Shown here in pieces: positions 59,060 to 64,000 of a stretch of 64,000 nt of DNA. The stretch's first letter is position 1. Each line of letters opens with the position of its first letter. The notes beneath the pieces are model-generated. The model saw nothing but the letters and a program-made list of their open reading frames with translations, did not search any database and was not told the DNA's origin. The position numbers were made by a program, and so were the translations under genes. Origin of the DNA: an uncultured Alphaproteobacteria bacterium (GTDB taxonomy: Bacteria; Pseudomonadota; Alphaproteobacteria; Rhodobacterales; Rhodobacteraceae); assembly GCA_963707885.1 (NCBI GenBank), contig CAVPRV010000009.1, positions 104,676 through 168,675 on the forward strand, read 5' to 3'.

Positions 59060-59820
59060 TGACCCCTCCGCCCGACCTGAAACTGGCCGAGGGCAGCGCC
59101 GGTCTTCGCGTCCTCCACCTGCGCAAGAGCTATCGCCGCCGTCCGGTCATCCGCGATGTGTCGCTGGAACTCGCCCGGGGCGAGGTCGTGGCGCTGCTCG
59201 GGCCCAACGGTTCCGGCAAGACCACCTGCTTTTACAACATCGCCGGCCTGATCGCGCCCGATGCCGGACAGGTCCTGATCGACGGTCGAGACGTGACCGG
59301 CCTGCCGATGTACCGCCGCGCCCGGCTCGGCATCGGCTACCTGCCGCAGGAAGTCTCGATCTTCCGCGGTCTCTCGGTCGAGGACAACATCCTCGCCGTC
59401 CTCGAGATCACCGAGCCAGACGTCCACAAGCGCCGCGAGCGACTCGAGGAGCTTCTGTCTGACTTCTCGATCACTCATCTCCGCCGCGCCCCCGCCCTGG
59501 CGCTTTCGGGCGGCGAACGCCGGCGGGTGGAGATCGCGCGTTGCCTTGCGGCTGACCCCAAATACCTGCTGCTTGATGAACCCTTCGCCGGCGTCGATCC
59601 GATCTCTGTCGGCGACATCAGGCATCTCGTCCAGGACCTCAGGGGCCGCGGCATCGGCGTCCTCATCACAGACCACAATGTTCGCGAGACGCTGGAAATC
59701 GTCGACCGGGCCTATATCCTCCACGACGGCGTCGTGCTGATGAGCGGCACTGCCGACGAGGTCGTGCGCGATGAGAATGTCCGCAGGGTCTATCTTGGCC
59801 AGAACTTCCGTATCCTCTGA
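59059..59820 (+). CDS. lptB: LPS export ABC transporter ATPase
   Basis: GPNGSGKTT, YLPQEVSIFR, LSGGERRRVEIAR, LITDHNVRE, VYLG. Confidence 0.96.
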   Translation: MTPPPDLKLAEGSAGLRVLHLRKSYRRRPVIRDVSLELARGEVVALLGPNGSGKTTCFYNIAGLIAPDAGQVLIDGRDVTGLPMYRRARLGIGYLPQEVSIFRGLSVEDNILAVLEITEPDVHKRRERLEELLSDFSITHLRRAPALALSGGERRRVEIARCLAADPKYLLLDEPFAGVDPISVGDIRHLVQDLRGRGIGVLITDHNVRETLEIVDRAYILHDGVVLMSGTADEVVRDENVRRVYLGQNFRIL

Positions 59821-59835
59821 CGGGGCGGGACCGGG

Positions 59836-61133
59836 ATGGCGATGAAATCCGGAATGAGTCTCATCCAGCGACAGGGCATCGCGCTGTCGCCGATGATGCG
59901 CCATTCGCTGGCGATACTCAGGATGCCGACCCACGCGCTCGCTGACGAGATCGCGCGTGAGGCCGAGGAAAACCCCTTTCTCGTCGTAGAACCGCAGGAC
60001 GGTCGCCAGCCGGCCTACGACTACGCGCTGGCCACGACGGCGGCGCCGGAAAACCTGCTCGACAACCTCGCACCGCCAGATCGCCCTGCAACGGCTCGAC
60101 CCCGCGACCGAGGCGGCCGCGCTCTACATTGTCGGCGAGTTGCGCGAGGACGGCTATCTCGACGTGCCGCTCCGCGATCTCGCGCAGCGAGACCGGCGCC
60201 GCCACTCGACGTGCTGGAGGCGGGGTCTGGCATGGCCATCCAGCGCTGTGAGCCGACGGGGATCGGTGCCCGCGATCCTCGCCGAATGCCTCGAACTTCA
60301 GCTCGGCGAGGCCGGGATCGAACGCGGCCTTGCCCGCGCCGCTGCCGGCCAGCTCGACGATTTCGCCGGGGAGAGACTGGACGCAGGCTCGCCCGCAGCC
60401 TCGGCCAGCCGCTCGACGTGCTGGAACGGATTGCGACCCTTCTGCGCAGCTTCGGCTCGACGCCCGGTCCCCGACAGCGCCCGGTCCCGTCGACATCGCG
60501 GTGCCGGAGCTTCTGGTGGAAGAGGGCCCGCCGGGCCAGCTCTCCGTCACGCTTCTGACCGGCACGTTACCGCGCCTTTCGACGATGGAGGTTGCCCGGC
60601 GCAGCCTCGAAACGGACGAACAGCGCGCGCTCTTCGACCGTGCGGGCCGCATGTCGGCCGGCCTCGCCGCCCGGCGCGAGACACTTCTGCGAATCGGCGC
60701 CTACATCGCCGCGACCCAGTCCGCTTTCTTCCTCGGCCATCACGAGACGCTTGTCCCTGTTACCCGCGCCGACGCGGCGGCGGCCCTGGCGATGCATGCC
60801 TCGACACTCGGCCGGGCGCTGGCGGGCAAGGCGCTCCTCGCGGACAACAAGGTCTATCCGCTGTCGCTCTTTTTCTCGCATGCGCTGCCGGGCGCCGATG
60901 GCGGGCGTTTCGCCGTTCGACATCCAGCGCCGCATTCGCAGCCTGATCGCCGGGGAATCCGCCGAAGCGCCGCTCGCCGACGACAGGATATGCGCGGAAC
61001 TTCGGAAGGAGGGCGTTGACATCGCCCGCCGAACTGTCGCCAAATATCGCAAATGCATGCGCATACCCTCATCGTTCGGGCGACGGCGTCGGAAGGTTTC
61101 CGCGACGGACTCAGCCGCATGCACGCAGCTTGA
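59836..61133 (+). CDS. rpoN: RNA polymerase sigma-54 factor (many frameshifts; end approximate)
   Basis: Region I-like start, ENPFL, EDGYL, EPTGIGAR, HASTLGRA HTH, RpoN box ARRTVAKYR; lptB-rpoN-hpf-ptsN synteny. Confidence 0.85.
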
Positions 61134-61223
61134 GAGGGAAATGATCATCCCACATCCGGCGTTCTCGCCCGCGACATCGGTTTGCGCGGTCAGGTCAAAG
61201 CAAAATCAACCACAGGAGGTGTC

Positions 61224-61801
61224 ATGCGATACAGGATCAGCGGCAAGCAGATCGACGTCGGCGATGCCTTGCAGACCCATGTGAAATCCGAACTCGGCGA
61301 GACGGTCGAGAAATATTCCCAGCGCCCGACCGACGCCATCGTGATCTTTTCGCGTGACGCCCACGAGTTCATCTGCGAGGCGACCGTCCATCTTTCGACC
61401 GGCCTCACCGCGACCGCGAAGGGCAACGCCGACCGAGATCTATGCCGCCTTCGAAGCGTGCCGCGAAAAGATGGACAAACAGCTGCGCCGCTACAAGCGC
61501 CGGCTGAAGGACCATCACCGCGACCGCACCGAACCGGTTGAATTCGCCGGAGCGCCCATGTATGTGCTCGCCGCGAATGGAGGATCGGCGGATTCGGAGC
61601 CCGAGACGCTGCAACCGATGATCATCGCCGAGATGGAGACGAAGATTCCGTCCCTGTCGGTCGGCGAGGCGGTGATGCAGATGGAACTTGTCCGGGGTGC
61701 CGCTTCTGGTCTTCCGCAACGAAAAGAACGGCGGGGTCAACGTGGTCCACCGCCGGGATGATGGAAACGTCGGCTGGATCGATCCGTCGGCCGGCAAATA
61801 G
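61224..61801 (+). CDS. hpf: Ribosome hibernation factor (long HPF/RaiA; frameshifted)
   Basis: MRYRISGKQIDVG, DKQLRRYKRRLKDHH, LSVGEAVMQMEL, NVVHRRDDGNVGWIDP. Confidence 0.92.
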
Positions 61802-61835
61802 GGCGCCGGCGAAGCCGCGCGGAAAAGCAAGGCAT

Positions 61836-62303
61836 ATGGAACTTTCAAGCCTTCTCAAGCCGGCGGCAGTCCGGGTGCTCGGCCATGCGACCAGCAAGAA
61901 GCGGCTCTTTCAGGACCTCGCCGAGATCGCGCACACAGGTCTACGGTCTCGACACGTCCGAGACCGTGGATGCGCTGCAGGAACGCGAAAGCCTCGGGCC
62001 GACGGGCGTCGGCCACGGCGTGGCCTTGCCGCATGCCCGGCTCGAAGGTCTCGACCACGTGGTCGGTGTGTTCATCCGCTTCGAAAAGCCGCTCGATTTC
62101 GACGCGGTCGATCGCCAGCCGGTCGATCTGGTCTTCGCGCTGTTCGCGCCGAAGGATTCCGGCGTGGACCACCTGAAGGCGCTGGCACTCGTCTCGCGCA
62201 CGATGCGCGACGCGACCGTACCTGCGGCAAGCTCCGGGCCAACAGTGATCCGGCGACGCTGCACGCGGTGCTGACCGAGGCGCGCTCGACACAGGCCGCC
62301 TGA
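61836..62303 (+). CDS. ptsN: PTS IIA-Ntr (frameshifted)
   Basis: SKKRLFQ, ERESLGPTGVGHGVALPHAR, HLKALA. Confidence 0.92.
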   Translation: MELSSLLKPAAVRVLGHATSKKRLFQDLAEIAHTGLRSRHVRDRGCAAGTRKPRADGRRPRRGLAACPARRSRPRGRCVHPLRKAARFRRGRSPAGRSGLRAVRAEGFRRGPPEGAGTRLAHDARRDRTCGKLRANSDPATLHAVLTEARSTQAA

Positions 62304-62305
62304 AC

Positions 62306-63726
62306 CTATTTCGGCGCCTTCCAGGCACCGAAGCCGAAGGACATGTAATCGCGACGATAGACGTCGCGAACAAGGTCTTCGAGTTCCCGGTCATGGATCG
62401 CGGCGACCGGCACCGGCGCGTGGCCCGACGGCGCACCGGCAAGGGGCGGCGCCTTGACCCGCGCTGACTTCGCCAGATAGGCCAGATCGGCGGCCAAGTT
62501 CTCCTCCCGGCACAGCAAGTCAGGCGGCACGAAGCCAGCAGAACCCGTTCACGACCGACCATTGCGTCGCCCAGAGCGCATCCTGCCGGAGCCCGGTCTG
62601 GCCGGCGAGGTTGGCCTTCACGAAGCCGAGGAACCCGATCAGCGCCGCGCGCCATTCCGCCGGACCCAATGCCGCGATCTCGTCATCCGGCGGGATCGGC
62701 ACGCCGTAATGGCCACGCAAGATGGCTCGGAGATCTGCATGGCCATTGCGCGTCATGACTGCAGCGAATGCGTCGTTGGCGCGCGTCAGGGGATGACGGA
62801 GCACCGTGAAGCTCCGGTGTCCGGGCGCCTTGCGCTTCCACACCCTGAGCGTCTTCTGGGTGAAGTTCTCTTCGATCCCTCCGTCCCCGAACTGCGAAAG
62901 CCAGTCGCGAATATGGCTGTCATCGCAGGGCTGAAGCGGCAGATAGAGGATGGGCGCCCCGCCGGCCGCGACGATGCGCGGCACGCCAGGACCCCGGCGC
63001 GGCTCGAAATTCGGAGTGCGGGCCAGGTTCGACCAGTCGATCCGCGCCAAGGCCTCCTCCATCTCGGGGAAATTGCGCACCTTGTCGGCCATCTCCTCGG
63101 GATTCTGCCGCACCAGATCGTCGGAGATACTGGTCAAGCCGCTCCTCGACGCCGAGGAACTGCAAGAGCCCGTTGATCACCTCTACCCGTCAGCGAATCC
63201 TCGTAGTCGAGGTAGAACGCCGTCTGGCCCGTCACCTGAAGCGCGTTCAGGAGACGAAGCTGGAAGGCCTGCCGTTCGGCCAGAAACGCCTCGAATTCCG
63301 CCGGCTTGAAGGGTGGTTTCCAGACGATGCGATCCTTCACGTCGCTGAGCTTCCAGCGCTTGGTGTTGTAGGCGATCTTGAGGCTGATATAGCAATCGAC
63401 CGGATTGCGGGTCAGCACGATCTTGGCGCAGCGTGGATCGCTCAGGATCGCGTCCAGCACCCGCGGCTCATGATCGAAGAAGAACCGCAGTCCGTTGAAA
63501 CCAGGCGCCGAGCGTATGCGGGACAGCAAGCGCCCCCGGATCGGCGATCCGCTCCTTCATCGTGACGCCGAGAAGTCTCGGACACGTTCGGCCCGCCCAT
63601 GTGGTCGGGATTGAAAACCTCGCCGTGACAGGTCAACCCCTCGATCTGCCCCAGCGTCGCCTCGAGAAGGTTCGAGCCGGTGCGCATCTCGGCGAAGATC
63701 ACGAAATAGTCGAAGGGACGGGTCAC
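62306..63726 (-). CDS. NodH-like sulfotransferase with a second sulfotransferase-like domain (frameshifted)
   Basis: FAEMRTGSNLLE, GEVFNP, LTRNPVDCYIS; second half SFTVLRHPL and C-terminal YRRDYMSFGF. Confidence 0.75.
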
Positions 63727-63738
63727 GCCGGATCTCCC

Positions 63739-64000
63739 CTACCGCACCAGATAGGGTCGGCCGCGATCCTCCGCCGGCGGGCGCGGGTCGTTGCCGACGG
63801 AGAAATCGCCCATCAGCGTTGGCTTCATCCCCTGGTTCTTGAGGTTCTGCAGGAACTGGCCGAACCCGGTCAGGTCCACCATCTTCGGCGCTTCCGCGAC
63901 CTGGCGCGTCGTGCGCGGGCCGAATTTCGTCGATGATGGTCTGCAGCGACTCCATCGGGTTCTCGATGAATTCGGCCATCGTCCAGATCCGCACCCGTGC
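63739..64000 (-). CDS. C-terminus of a putative beta-1,6-GlcNAc transferase-like (core-2/I-branching) protein
   Basis: RIWTMAEFIENPME..GFGQFLQNLKNQGM resembles the gene that usually precedes the NodH-like gene in this family; partial, from recall. Confidence 0.55.
   Translation of the reverse strand, partial: HGCGSGRWPNSSRTRWSRCRPSSTKFGPRTTRQVAEAPKMVDLTGFGQFLQNLKNQGMKPTLMGDFSVGNDPRPPAEDRGRPYLVR

Overview
GC-rich alphaproteobacterial chromosome segment. Gene content and synteny point to Rhodobacteraceae/Paracoccaceae (petABC, petP-petR, fzlA-mtgA, gltD-gltB, rnd-kdsD-lptCAB-rpoN-hpf-ptsN). Most of the window is housekeeping. It also holds two tRNAs (Lys-TTT, Leu-CAG), an FMN riboswitch before a type II lumazine synthase and a TPP riboswitch before thiBPQ. 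Many essential genes are broken by single-base indels that cluster by region, which is best explained as sequencing or assembly error. The main accessory element is a ~9.5 kb island at the 3' end of tRNA-Leu. It carries an FNR/FixK-type box, a second-type ftsH coupled to a complete N-type ATPase operon (atpD-C-Q-R-B-E-F-A-G), and a decayed MgtA-like P-type ATPase joined tail-to-tail to an integrase stump. Other signals outside the ORF track: a GTCA-N7-TGAC motif shared by the ilvE/petP and gltD promoters, a four-copy intergenic hairpin repeat, a sulfotransferase cassette with a small exported YIGPG peptide, a cryptic sulfotransferase remnant and a Hint-domain protein. All calls come from reading motifs by eye; no database searches were run.
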